Notes under the pieces: generated by a model
Database searches by the model: none
Told to the model about the DNA's origin: nothing
What the model saw: the letters and a program-made list of their open reading frames with translations, nothing else
Translations under genes and position numbers: made by a program
Assembly: GCA_964386005.1 (NCBI GenBank)
Contig: CAYLSB010000015.1
Span: forward strand, 2,986-66,985
Direction of reading: 5' to 3'
DNA length: 64,000 nt
DNA from: an uncultured Pirellulales bacterium
Lineage (GTDB): Bacteria; Planctomycetota; Phycisphaerae; Sedimentisphaerales; Anaerohalosphaeraceae
Part shown: positions 1-8,886 of the stretch, in pieces
Position numbering within the stretch: the stretch's first letter is position 1
How the letters are laid out: each line of letters begins with the position of its first letter

Positions 1-357
1 TGCCGGCGTTCGAATGGATTTGCCGATGCGTTCCAGAAGGATGAGAACGAGGGCGATATCCCATCGGCCGGCAAGTGCCATCGCGGGAACGGCCAACAGA
101 TTTACGCTGTACCCGATGATTGTGAAGGTCCAGTACCGTTTGGTTTTGTCCGAAAGCACGCCGGAAATGATTCGAAGCCCGTATCCGAACAGTTCGCCAA
201 GACCCGCGACAATGCCGACGGCGGTGGCCGAAGCGCCGAGTATCTTCAAATAAGGTCCATTGATGCCGCGGGCGGCTTCATAGGTGACATCCGCAAAAAG
301 ACTGATCAGTCCCAGGAGGATGACAAACCAGACGGCTTTTTTTCGGGGCAGATCCAT
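1..357 (-). CDS. MFS transporter, N-terminal portion (gene continues beyond the left edge)
   Basis: Absent from the ORF track because no stop lies in the window. My translation of the minus strand from ATG 357-355 gives MDLPRKKAVWFVILLGLISLFADVTYEAARGINGPYLKILGASATAVGIVAGLGELFGYGLRIISGVLSDKTKRYWTFT... It has hydrophobic helices and an MFS-like G-x-L-S-D-K-x-x-R loop motif. Track ORF 14..253 (+) is its antisense. Confidence 0.6.
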   Translation of the reverse strand, partial: MDLPRKKAVWFVILLGLISLFADVTYEAARGINGPYLKILGASATAVGIVAGLGELFGYGLRIISGVLSDKTKRYWTFTIIGYSVNLLAVPAMALAGRWDIALVLILLERIGKSIRTPA

Positions 358-366
358 GATCGTCTC

Positions 367-708
367 TCACGCTTGCTGGGAATGCCGATAGGCGATCACA
401 TTGACCTTTTCGAGGGTTACCAATCCTTCCCCGATCAGGCCGTCCAGTTCCGGAAGCCATGGATGAATCCGTTCCGGTTTATCCACGATTTCGATTACGA
501 TGGGAAGATCTTCGGACAGTCGAAGTATTTTGGATGTATGGATACGGCTGTTGGCGCCAAAACCCAGACAACCCTTGAGGACCGTCGCTCCGGCCAATCC
601 TTTTTTTCGGGCGGATTCGACGATGACTTCGTACAGCGGGCGACCGTGGACTTTGTCACTTTCACCGATGAAGATTCGCAACAAATCCGCTTCCGAAGGC
701 AGTTTCAT
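367..708 (-). CDS. DUF190 (PII-like) protein, typical CrcB neighbour
   Basis: 113-aa track ORF (MKLPSEADLLRIFIGESDKVHGRPLYEVIVESARKKGLAGATVLKG...). The size and sequence pattern fit the small DUF190 family usually encoded next to crcB. It lies 10 nt downstream of the crcB stop on the same strand. Confidence 0.65.
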   Translation of the reverse strand: MKLPSEADLLRIFIGESDKVHGRPLYEVIVESARKKGLAGATVLKGCLGFGANSRIHTSKILRLSEDLPIVIEIVDKPERIHPWLPELDGLIGEGLVTLEKVNVIAYRHSQQA

Positions 709-718
709 AAAATACTCC

Positions 719-1093
719 TTACACCATCCGACCGACCGCCATGCCGCCGATCAACGCCGCGATTCCGACGCCGTTATGGACAAGGAAATTGGCCAAGGCG
801 TATAGCCATTGAGAATCGCCGATCAGATTGGATGTTTCAAACACGAAGGTGGAAAACGTAGTAAAAGCACCGAGAAAACCGATGAACACGACGGTTCGAA
901 TTTCCGGCCGGGTATGAATTCTCGATTCCATCAAAATCCAAAGTAAACCGAATACGAAACATCCGAGAAGATTTACAACAAGAGTTCCCCACGGAAACCC
1001 CGCCCCGGCCAATCGCTGGACCAGTCCCCCCAGTCCATATCGAGCCAACGTTCCCAGCGCGCCGGCGATTGCCAGGTAAATGATTCTATCCAT
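719..1093 (-). CDS. crcB: Fluoride ion channel CrcB/FluC
   Basis: Track ORF 719..1330 trimmed to the internal ATG at 1093-1091 (MDRIIYLAIAGALGTLARYGLGG...GFLGAFTTFSTF...). This gives 124 aa with four hydrophobic helices, the typical CrcB length and motifs. The discarded 79-aa extension is Arg-rich and overlaps trxA. Confidence 0.9.
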   Translation of the reverse strand: MDRIIYLAIAGALGTLARYGLGGLVQRLAGAGFPWGTLVVNLLGCFVFGLLWILMESRIHTRPEIRTVVFIGFLGAFTTFSTFVFETSNLIGDSQWLYALANFLVHNGVGIAALIGGMAVGRMV

Positions 1094-1095
1094 TG

Positions 1096-1428
1096 TTATT
1101 TGAGGAGTTCGTCGATTTTGGCGGCGATTTCTTTTTTGGCGGTCAGTCCGGTCCATCGGAAGACTACCTGTCCCTTGTGGAAGAGGATCATGGTGGGAAT
1201 AGCGGAGATGGAATGCTCGATGGCGGCGTCGCGATGGTCGTCGGTGTTGACCTTGGCGATGACGGCCCGTCCGGCGTAATCCTTGGAAAGTTCTTCGACG
1301 ATGGGGGCCATCATACGGCAGGGGCCGCACCAGGGCGCCCAGAAATCCACCAGTACGGGCTGCTCGGCTTCCACGGTTTGCTTAAAGTTCGCATCGGTTA
1401 GTTCAACGACATTCCCTGCCATGGGCAA
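1096..1428 (-). CDS. trxA: Thioredoxin
   Basis: 110 aa with the canonical WCGPC active site (VDFWAPWCGPCRMMAP) and thioredoxin length. Its stop lies 2 nt before the crcB start. Confidence 0.9.
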   Translation of the reverse strand: MPMAGNVVELTDANFKQTVEAEQPVLVDFWAPWCGPCRMMAPIVEELSKDYAGRAVIAKVNTDDHRDAAIEHSISAIPTMILFHKGQVVFRWTGLTAKKEIAAKIDELLK

Positions 1429-1470
1429 TCCTTTCGTTCAGTAAATATTACCAAATCCTGTTCGTAAAGC

Positions 1471-1498
1471 ATTATACTCGTCCGAGGCGGTCGGTCAA
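1471..1498 (-). promoter_or_regulatory. Candidate sigma-70-type promoter for the trxA-crcB-DUF190-MFS array
   Basis: Minus strand reads TTGACC (1498-1493), a 16-nt spacer, then TATAAT (1476-1471). It sits about 45 nt upstream of the trxA ATG. Confidence 0.5.
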
Positions 1499-1530
1499 AT
1501 GGAAATCGGCAAACTGTTGGCATGCTGTGA

Positions 1531-2604
1531 TTACGTCATGGCTTCATCGGAAGCCAAGGGGCAAGAGGACTCGGGTTTGGGAGATTCGGATGAATTCGGT
1601 TGGGCCGGCAATTCGATGATGGGAATTCGCGGGTGGATTTCCGCAACGGGAGTTTCGACGGCGGACTTGGTTTCGTCGATAGGAGTGAATATTACGGCGA
1701 CATCCGGTGACGAATCATCATCGAAGATCGGTTCCTCCGGGAGATCTTCTTCGTCATTGGGCTCGGCGAGGGCTTCGGCGGATGTCGAGTCCGGTTCGAT
1801 CCGAAGCGACGATTCGTGTGCCGATTCCGCCTCGGCGGCATAGATCGCTTTTGGAACAGCTTGTTCGGCGGGTTCGTCGGTCAAGGCGCGAACATGGATC
1901 GATCCCAGCGGCTCGGGCTGTTCGATCCAGATCAGGTGCAGGCGGATCAATTCGAGCATGCCGAGAAACAAACCAATCATGACCAGCCGGTTGCCACGAT
2001 CTTTGAAGATCTGTTCCATGGTCATGGGGCCTTCGGTCTGGAGGCGATGAAGGATTTCTATCTGGTAGAGGTCGATGGGCGTGTCGTCGGAAATATGTTC
2101 ATAGCTCTGGTAATTGCCAACGCTCTTGAGAATGCCCTCGAAGACCTCCAACAAGGTCCATAGACTGACCTGGTCGAGATCGACTTCCGGTTCGACATTC
2201 CCCTTTAAGCCGGCGAGAATGAGGTCGGGCCGGGTGAACCGATCTCCGCGAATTTCGGCCGAAGACTCGAGCCGATTGGCGGCGTCTTTGAATTTCTTAT
2301 ATTCGAGAAGCTGGCGGACCAGTTCCGCTCTGGGATCGAGCATTGGGGTATCGCCCTCTTCGTCGGCGGAAACGGCCGGCAGAAGCATGGCCGACTTGAT
2401 TTCCATCAGCGTTGCGGCCATCACGAGAAAATCGCCGGCCAGATCGATATCGAGATCCTTGAGAATCTCGATATATTTGATGTATTGTTCGGTGATCCGG
2501 GCGATGGGGATATCGTAAATATCCACTTCTTCCTTGCGGACCAGATACAACAGGAGATCCAGCGGTCCCGAAAACACATCCAGATTGACGCGATATTCGC
2601 TCAC
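1531..2604 (-). CDS. scpA: Segregation and condensation protein A (kleisin ScpA) with a long acidic C-terminal tail
   Basis: The N-terminus MSEYRVNLDVFSGPLDLLLYLVRKEEVDIYDIPIARITEQYIKYI...GDFLVMAATLMEIKSAMLLP is typical ScpA. The GTG start overlaps the upstream stop (GTGA at 2604-2601). At 357 aa it is about 100 aa longer than usual because of an Asp/Glu/Ser/Pro-rich tail. Confidence 0.85.
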   Translation of the reverse strand: MSEYRVNLDVFSGPLDLLLYLVRKEEVDIYDIPIARITEQYIKYIEILKDLDIDLAGDFLVMAATLMEIKSAMLLPAVSADEEGDTPMLDPRAELVRQLLEYKKFKDAANRLESSAEIRGDRFTRPDLILAGLKGNVEPEVDLDQVSLWTLLEVFEGILKSVGNYQSYEHISDDTPIDLYQIEILHRLQTEGPMTMEQIFKDRGNRLVMIGLFLGMLELIRLHLIWIEQPEPLGSIHVRALTDEPAEQAVPKAIYAAEAESAHESSLRIEPDSTSAEALAEPNDEEDLPEEPIFDDDSSPDVAVIFTPIDETKSAVETPVAEIHPRIPIIELPAQPNSSESPKPESSCPLASDEAMT

Positions 2605-2876
2605 GTCGGCTCTCCTGGTTCGCTGTCGAACAGACCGTCAACATCGACGGGGGGCTGCCGATCCATCTCGGCCAGGATGGATTTGGCTTTCTCGAAATCA
2701 CCGGCCAGAACCTGTAATTGGATGCGAACTTCCTGAATGGGGGGCATATTCGCGATCAGATCGCCCCCGACAACGGCCACTTTCAATCCGGCCGATTCCA
2801 GCGCCAGCTTGGCGATTTCGGCGTCGAAATCGTTTTCATATTCCGCAACGGTTATTAACGACTCGTTCTCTCTCAT
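2601..2876 (-). CDS. Small DUF2007-like (putative signal-transducing) protein
   Basis: Track ORF 2601..3104 trimmed to ATG 2876-2874 (MRENESLITVAEYENDFDAEIAKLALESAGLKVAVVGGD...). The 91-aa product resembles the DUF2007 fold pattern. The discarded extension overlaps trpS and is Arg-rich. Confidence 0.5.
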   Translation of the reverse strand: MRENESLITVAEYENDFDAEIAKLALESAGLKVAVVGGDLIANMPPIQEVRIQLQVLAGDFEKAKSILAEMDRQPPVDVDGLFDSEPGEPT

Positions 2877-2878
2877 GG

Positions 2879-3922
2879 TTAAAATCCTAATCCTGTAACC
2901 TGTCGTACCCTGTCGATGGTTTTTCGGGCCACGACACGGGCCCGTTTTCCCCCGTCGTCGAGTACGTGTAAAACCGCATCGCGATCCTTTTCCAGATCGG
3001 CGCGTTTTTCCCGATAAGGTCGGAAGTACTGCAGCATCAGTTCGGCGACGCGCTTCTTGACGGTGCCATAGCCGGTTCCGCCCTTGCGATATTTTTCTTC
3101 CCATTCCCGGAGTTCTTCGGCCGTTGCTACCAGCTTTAACAGAGCGAAAATATTACATTTGTCGGGATCTTTCGGTTGTTCGACCGGAGTCGAATCGGTC
3201 ACGATCTTCATGATCTTGCTTTTAACGGAATTCTCCGGTTCAAATAGCTCGATGGTGTTGCCGTAACTTTTACTCATCTTGCGGCCGTCAAGGCCCGGAA
3301 CCACTGCCACGGAATCGAGGATGTAGTCCTTTGGAAGGGTCAGCGTTTCACCATAGATCGAGTTGAATTTCATCGCAATATCGCGGGTAACCTCAATATG
3401 CTGTTTCTGGTCGGCTCCGACGGGGACCAGCTCGCTGTGATAGATCAGGATGTCGGCGGCTTGCAGGACCGGGTAGGCAAAGAGGCCGTGATTGGCCGAC
3501 AAGCCCTGATCGACCTTGTCCTTGTAGGACGTACACCGCTGCAACAAACCCATCGGAGTAACACACGACAAAATCCACGAGAGCTCAGTGACCTCCGGAA
3601 CATCTGACTGACGCCAGAATATCGTTTTTTTCGTGTCCAAACCAAGGGCCAGATAATCCATAGTGACATCCAGGCATCGCTGACGAAGATCATCAGGGGC
3701 CGGATTGTTCGTCATGGCGTGATAGTCGGCGATGAAATAAAAACCTTCATTTTCAGACTGCAATTGAAGATGCTGACGCATTGCGCCGAAAAAGTTGCCT
3801 ATATGTAACTTTCCGGACGGTTGAATACCCGATAGTACTCTCAATTCTGTCTCCCGTGATCCGATAGGATCGTATTCGATTGCCAAATCATTCCATTTCA
3901 TCCGAATACATAAGCTAACCAT
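2879..3922 (-). CDS. trpS: Tryptophan--tRNA ligase
   Basis: Class I aaRS motifs are present: SGIQPSGKLHIGNFFGA (HIGH-type) and KMSKSYGN (KMSKS). The 347-aa length fits TrpS. An alternative start exists at 3901. Confidence 0.9.
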   Translation of the reverse strand: MVSLCIRMKWNDLAIEYDPIGSRETELRVLSGIQPSGKLHIGNFFGAMRQHLQLQSENEGFYFIADYHAMTNNPAPDDLRQRCLDVTMDYLALGLDTKKTIFWRQSDVPEVTELSWILSCVTPMGLLQRCTSYKDKVDQGLSANHGLFAYPVLQAADILIYHSELVPVGADQKQHIEVTRDIAMKFNSIYGETLTLPKDYILDSVAVVPGLDGRKMSKSYGNTIELFEPENSVKSKIMKIVTDSTPVEQPKDPDKCNIFALLKLVATAEELREWEEKYRKGGTGYGTVKKRVAELMLQYFRPYREKRADLEKDRDAVLHVLDDGGKRARVVARKTIDRVRQVTGLGF

Positions 3923-4226
3923 TTCCCCGGCCTTCCGTCAAGGCGGAACTGGCCAAAGAGGAAATAATCGAATGATTGGCCCCCTCGTTTTCGGCAATTC
4001 GTATTTGTATTCCCAATAGCAAGCCCAGGATACATCGAATGGTTGTCTATGTTCGAATTATACGTTTGAATACAACCATGAAAGTAAATATCAAACGAAA
4101 TTTATAGCCACGATTATTTGCGCGAATAGCCGCATGAATCTGTTCTGTTGTCACATAATTAATGTACGATTTGCGCTCACTTTGGTAATGATTGACAATA
4201 AAACATAACAATATTCCTTTTTCAAG

Positions 4227-4254
4227 TTGACAGATTCATTCAATTAGGTAGCAT
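4227..4254 (+). promoter_or_regulatory. Candidate promoter for acs
   Basis: TTGACA (4227-4232), a 16-nt spacer, then TAGCAT (4249-4254) in a 400-nt AT-rich divergent intergenic region. A 7-bp hairpin (4269-4291) lies in the putative 5' UTR. Confidence 0.35.
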
Positions 4255-4327
4255 TGAGAGAAATGGGTGCCTTGAAAGCGAGAATCAAGGCATAAAGTTC
4301 TTTTAACAATATTTGCGAGGAGAACAC

Positions 4328-6307
4328 ATGGCAGAGCAAAAGAAGAGCATGGCTTCCCTGATGGTTGAAACCAGGAGATTTCCTCCTCCGGAACCGATCA
4401 AAAACAATGCATGGGTGAGCAGCGAAAAGCAGTATCAGCAATTATGGGAGCAGTCGATCAATGATCCCGATGGTTTTTGGCTCGAACAGGCCAAGATGCT
4501 TTCGTGGTACAAAGAACCTACCGTTAGTTTGAGATATACCTGGGATACGAAAGCTCGTAAAATCGAGCATTCCTGGTTTGAAGACGGCCTGATCAATGTA
4601 TCCTACAATTGCCTGGACCGACATATGGGTACGCCAACGGCCAAGAAAGTAGCCATTCTCTGGCAGGGCGAGGCGGATGCGGCCGTTAAAAAGATCACCT
4701 ATGAACAACTTTATCAGGAAGTCTGCAAATTTGCCAATGTAATGAAAAGCCACGGAATCAAGCGAGGCGATCGCGTGGCGATTTATATGCCGATGGTTCC
4801 GGAGCTGTCTGTGGCCATGCTGGCTTGCACGAGAATCGGCGCAATCCATTCGATTATTTTCGGGGGATTCAGTTCCGATGCCATCAAAGGCCGGGTGACC
4901 GATTCCACCTGTAAGATGCTGGTGACCGCCAATGTGTCGTTGCGGGCGGGCAAACATATCCAACTCAAGCAGATTGCCGATGAGGCCTTAGGAGGATGTC
5001 CAAGCATTGAAACGTGTGTCGTGGTTAAGGTGACGGACGATCCGTGCAATATGAAAGCCGGAAGAGATGTCTGGTACCACGAGGAGATGGCCAAGGCGTC
5101 CGACCAATGCCCGCCGGAACAAATGAAGGCCGAAGATCCGCTATTCATTCTTTATACGTCCGGTTCGACGGGAAGGCCGAAGGGCGTCGTACACACGACG
5201 GCCGGCTATCTGATGCACTGCGCAATTACACATAAGATCGTCTTTAATATCCATGAAGATGACATCTACTGGTGTACGGCCGACATCGGCTGGGTTACCG
5301 GGCACAGCTATATCGTCTATGGCCCGCTAACCAACGGCGCCACCTCGTTGATGTTCGAGGGAGTTCCAACCTATCCCGATGCCGGGCGTTTCTGGCAGAT
5401 CTGCGACAAGTTCGGTGTGACGGTGTTCTATACGGCCCCGACGGCGATTCGCTCCCTGATGCGTTTGGGCGATGAGTGGGTTACAAAATACAAGCTCGAC
5501 AAACTCCGGATTCTGGGGACGGTAGGCGAACCCATCAACCCCGAGGCATGGATCTGGTACTATGAAAAAGTCGGTCACAGTCGTTGCCCGATTGTCGATA
5601 CCTGGTGGCAAACGGAAACCGGCGGATTTATGATTACCCCATTGCCGGGCGCCCACACCCTGAAACCCGGCAGCGCCTGCAAACCCTTCTTCGGAATCGA
5701 TACGGTGGTTCTCCGCGACGACGGATCGGTCTGTAACGTCAACGAAGGCGGCAAGCTGTGCATTCGCAAGCCGTGGCCGGGAATGATGAGAACCATGTAT
5801 GGCGACCATGATCGCTTCATCGACACCTACTTTACCATGTTCAACGATTTGTACTTCACAGGCGACGGCTGCCGCGTGGATGAAGATGGTGATCACTGGC
5901 TGATGGGTCGTATTGACGATGTAGTCAATGTGTCCGGCCACCGAATCGGTACCGCCGAAGTCGAAAGCGCTCTGGTCAGTCATCCTAAGGTGGCCGAGGC
6001 CGCCGTAACCCCGATTCCCCATGAGATCAAGGGCCAGGGCCTGTATGCGTATGTCACGCTGAAAGAAGGAATTCATGAAAGCGATGAGCTGAAGAAGGAA
6101 CTGATGAATCACGTTCGCAAGGAGATCGGTCCGATCGCACAGCCCGAAGCGATACAGTTTGCACCGGCTTTGCCCAAGACGCGATCGGGCAAGATCATGC
6201 GACGGATTCTTCGAAAGATCGCCGAACGTGACACGGGGAGTCTCGGTGATATTACCACGTTGGCCGATCCGAGCGTCGTCGAACATCTGATTAAGGGACG
6301 CGGATAA
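4328..6307 (+). CDS. acs: Acetyl-CoA synthetase (AMP-forming)
   Basis: Full-length similarity pattern to Acs: YTSGSTGRPKGV AMP-binding motif, WWQTETGG, and C-terminal PKTRSGKIMRRILRKIA. The start is moved to ATG 4328, which is preceded by GAGGAG. Confidence 0.95.
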   Translation: MAEQKKSMASLMVETRRFPPPEPIKNNAWVSSEKQYQQLWEQSINDPDGFWLEQAKMLSWYKEPTVSLRYTWDTKARKIEHSWFEDGLINVSYNCLDRHMGTPTAKKVAILWQGEADAAVKKITYEQLYQEVCKFANVMKSHGIKRGDRVAIYMPMVPELSVAMLACTRIGAIHSIIFGGFSSDAIKGRVTDSTCKMLVTANVSLRAGKHIQLKQIADEALGGCPSIETCVVVKVTDDPCNMKAGRDVWYHEEMAKASDQCPPEQMKAEDPLFILYTSGSTGRPKGVVHTTAGYLMHCAITHKIVFNIHEDDIYWCTADIGWVTGHSYIVYGPLTNGATSLMFEGVPTYPDAGRFWQICDKFGVTVFYTAPTAIRSLMRLGDEWVTKYKLDKLRILGTVGEPINPEAWIWYYEKVGHSRCPIVDTWWQTETGGFMITPLPGAHTLKPGSACKPFFGIDTVVLRDDGSVCNVNEGGKLCIRKPWPGMMRTMYGDHDRFIDTYFTMFNDLYFTGDGCRVDEDGDHWLMGRIDDVVNVSGHRIGTAEVESALVSHPKVAEAAVTPIPHEIKGQGLYAYVTLKEGIHESDELKKELMNHVRKEIGPIAQPEAIQFAPALPKTRSGKIMRRILRKIAERDTGSLGDITTLADPSVVEHLIKGRG

Positions 6308-6330
6308 TCGGTTGTCTGATAACCAATAGA

Positions 6331-6363
6331 GGCCGGATACAGAAAACCGTATCCGGCCTTTTT
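6331..6363 (+). terminator. Rho-independent terminator after acs
   Basis: A 10-bp perfect stem GGCCGGATAC / GTATCCGGCC with an 8-nt loop, followed by TTTTT. Confidence 0.7.
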
Positions 6364-6394
6364 GTAGCACGCATTGTGGCGGAAAGGAGCGATT

Positions 6395-7645
6395 ATGAAT
6401 CAACAAACCGTAACGACCGGCCCAAAAAATTACGGGTGGCAGGTTACCTTTGCGGGCATGGGAATCAATCTGGCTTTGGGAATTCTCTACACATGGAGTG
6501 TTATCAGCAAGGGGATTCCGGCCGAGTGGGGCTGGAACGAAACCCAAAAATCGTTGCCCTATATGTTCGCTTGCCTTCTGTTCTCTCTGATGATGGTTCC
6601 GGCGGGGCGGATGCAGGATAAGATCAGTCCCCGGATCGTTGCGGCCATTGGTGGCGTATTGGTTGGGATCGGTTTTATCGTCGCCAGTCTGAACACATCG
6701 CCGATCGGTTTTATTATCGGTTTCGGTATTCTTGCGGGAACCGGCATCGGTTTTGGGTATGCCTCGGCGACTCCCCCGGCCGTCAAGTGGTTTCCCGCAT
6801 CGAAGACGGGCTTGATTGCGGGTATCGTCGTTTCAGGATTTGGCCTTGCTTCCGTCTATACGTCCCCGCTTTCCAATTATCTGATCGGTCATTTTGGAGT
6901 GCAGACAACCGTTCTGATTTTGGGGATCGCCTTTTTGCTGGTTGTGGTTCTTCTGGCCCAGCTTCTGCGAATTCCTCCGGCGGGTTATGTACCGATGGGC
7001 ACTTCCCCGGCGAAACCGTCCTCCGCTCCGACGTCGATGGTCAAAGAAAATTTTACCCCTATGGAAATGCTTCGAACGATTCAATTTCCGATGATTTGGT
7101 TTATGTACGCCTGCGGATCGGGAGCCGGTTTGATGATCATCGCCAAGTTGGCTGCGATTGTGAAAGGATTGGTCGGCCGAGATATCGGTTTTGCCCTTGT
7201 AGCGATTATGGCGATTGGAAACGGTGCCGGACGAATTGTCGCCGGTATGATCAGCGACCGGATTGGACGTAAAAACACGCTGTTCATCTGTTTTCTCGTT
7301 CAAGCGGCGATGATCATGCTCCTTTCGTCGGCCCAAAGCGATGGTGTTCTGGCTTCCATCCCCGTGTTATCCTTGCTTTCCGCTTTGATCGGGGCCAACT
7401 ATGGTGCGAACCTGGCCTTGTTTCCATCCTTGACGAAGGACTATTACGGTTTAAAAAACTTCGGGGTAAATTATGGATTGGTATTTACCTCATGGGGCGT
7501 CGGCGGATTCATGCTGGCCTATCTTGCCGGAAAGATGTACGATATTCATCAAACGTATGCGATTGCTTATTATGGCGCCTGTGTCCTTCTGGTTCTGGCG
7601 GCAGTGATGGTTTATTTTGTCAATCCGCCGCGCAAAACGACCTAG
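6395..7645 (+). CDS. MFS transporter, oxalate/formate antiporter (OFA)-like family
   Basis: About 12 hydrophobic segments, starting MNQQTVTTGPKNYGWQVTFAGMGINLALGILYTWSV. The start is moved to ATG 6395, which follows AAAGGAG. It sits directly downstream of acs, so a monocarboxylate substrate is plausible but unproven. Confidence 0.75.
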   Translation: MNQQTVTTGPKNYGWQVTFAGMGINLALGILYTWSVISKGIPAEWGWNETQKSLPYMFACLLFSLMMVPAGRMQDKISPRIVAAIGGVLVGIGFIVASLNTSPIGFIIGFGILAGTGIGFGYASATPPAVKWFPASKTGLIAGIVVSGFGLASVYTSPLSNYLIGHFGVQTTVLILGIAFLLVVVLLAQLLRIPPAGYVPMGTSPAKPSSAPTSMVKENFTPMEMLRTIQFPMIWFMYACGSGAGLMIIAKLAAIVKGLVGRDIGFALVAIMAIGNGAGRIVAGMISDRIGRKNTLFICFLVQAAMIMLLSSAQSDGVLASIPVLSLLSALIGANYGANLALFPSLTKDYYGLKNFGVNYGLVFTSWGVGGFMLAYLAGKMYDIHQTYAIAYYGACVLLVLAAVMVYFVNPPRKTT

Positions 7646-7707
7646 AGTGCGGCGTAATCGATAGGGGATAGTGCAACTCGGTAACAAGCCTTGCCCAGGC
7701 TTGGAGG

Positions 7708-7746
7708 AACGACCCGGAGGCCATTGGCGTTCGGGTCGTTTATTTT
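7708..7746. terminator. Hairpin terminator between the convergent MFS and deacetylase genes
   Basis: A 9-bp stem AACGACCCG / CGGGTCGTT (7708-7716 / 7732-7740) followed by TATTTT. Confidence 0.55.
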
Positions 7747-8872
7747 ACAGACCGTGCAAAGGGAAAATCATTTTTCGAATCTGATCAATAGTTTGGCCGA
7801 GGATCTCATTGACGGTATCTTTCTGTGTCTGGTCGGGGGCGAGCTGACGATCGCGAAGGCCACCGGACCAGTCGGTTGTTTCCAATAAAACCCCTCCCAT
7901 TCCCGCAAGATCATCCTGTCGGTCCTCGCCGCAAAGGGCTATCCAGACCAACGCCCAGGCCCGGACGGTATTCTCGACGTTATATCCGCCGCCTCCTGTG
8001 GCCAGGATGGGTTTTCCAAAGGCCAGCAAGAGTTCAATCACATCGGCCATGGTATTGTTCGTCAAACTCAGATTGGCCAGAGGATCATTGGCCAGCGTGT
8101 CGGCGCCGGCCTCGAGGACGATCACATCCGGATTGTAGGCATGGAGAAGCGGGAGTACGACCTTGCGGATCGCCGCCAAATAGGCCGTATCGTATATTCC
8201 CATCGGCAGTGGAACATTCACCGCATATCCCCGCCCTTCGCCCTCGCCGAGATCTTCGACAAAACCCGTGCCGGGAAACAAGGTTCGGCCGTCCTGATGC
8301 AAAGAGATGGTCATCACGTCTTTGCGATTATAAAACGCCGCTTGAACCCCATCGCAGTGGTGAACGTCAATGTCAATAAACACTACCCGTTTCCCCGCTT
8401 TGGCCAATGTCATACAGGCCAGCACAATATCGTTCACATAGCAAAAGCCGGCCGCCCGGTCGGCAAAGGCGTGGTGATATCCGCCGGAAGGGTTGAAGGC
8501 CACAGTTGCACGGCCGTCGAGGATCATCTGAGCCGCCGTGACGGAGGCCCCGGCGGCCCACGTAGCGTAAGGGTACATTCCCCCAAAGACCGGGCAATCC
8601 GAAGTACCCAGGCCGTAGCGGAGCATGGCGTAATCGAATTGTCCCGAATCAGCGGCTTCAAGAGCATCCAGATAGGACGGGGTATGATACCATTCGAACT
8701 GTTTTCGACCCAGTGGAATTGGGATGACTTCGGCTTTGTCCGGTCCGGTCAGCAGTCCCATAGAGGCCAGAAGCTGCCGGGTTTTTCCGGCCCGGGACGT
8801 ATTGAAGGGGCAGCTTTCCGGATATGGATACTGTTCCAGTTGGGGACAGTGGACAAATAGTTTTGATCCCAT
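7745..8872 (-). CDS. Zn-dependent histone deacetylase family protein (AcuC / acetoin-utilisation-type lysine deacetylase)
   Basis: Catalytic motifs SGGYHHAFADRAAGFCYVNDIV, IDIDVHHCDGVQ and ATGGGGYN are all present. The start is trimmed to ATG 8872 (MGSKLFVHCPQ...), preceded by GGGGAGAG. Confidence 0.85.
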   Translation of the reverse strand: MGSKLFVHCPQLEQYPYPESCPFNTSRAGKTRQLLASMGLLTGPDKAEVIPIPLGRKQFEWYHTPSYLDALEAADSGQFDYAMLRYGLGTSDCPVFGGMYPYATWAAGASVTAAQMILDGRATVAFNPSGGYHHAFADRAAGFCYVNDIVLACMTLAKAGKRVVFIDIDVHHCDGVQAAFYNRKDVMTISLHQDGRTLFPGTGFVEDLGEGEGRGYAVNVPLPMGIYDTAYLAAIRKVVLPLLHAYNPDVIVLEAGADTLANDPLANLSLTNNTMADVIELLLAFGKPILATGGGGYNVENTVRAWALVWIALCGEDRQDDLAGMGGVLLETTDWSGGLRDRQLAPDQTQKDTVNEILGQTIDQIRKMIFPLHGL

Positions 8873-8886
8873 TGTGCTCTCCCCAA

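Noticed and set aside
1094-1330. N-terminal 79-aa extension of the crcB track ORF (203 aa)
   Set aside because: The extension is Arg-rich and overlaps trxA in another frame. The internal ATG at 1093 yields a canonical 124-aa CrcB.
1429-1530. Fluoride riboswitch expected upstream of a crcB-containing operon
   Set aside because: The 100-nt region contains only a promoter-like element and a short leader. Nothing resembles the crcB RNA motif by eye, though this is not verified by cmsearch.
5327-6547. 406-aa minus-strand ORF overlapping acs
   Set aside because: It is antisense to an unmistakable full-length Acs. The product is Arg/Gly/His-rich, shows no motif I recognise, and crosses the acs terminator.
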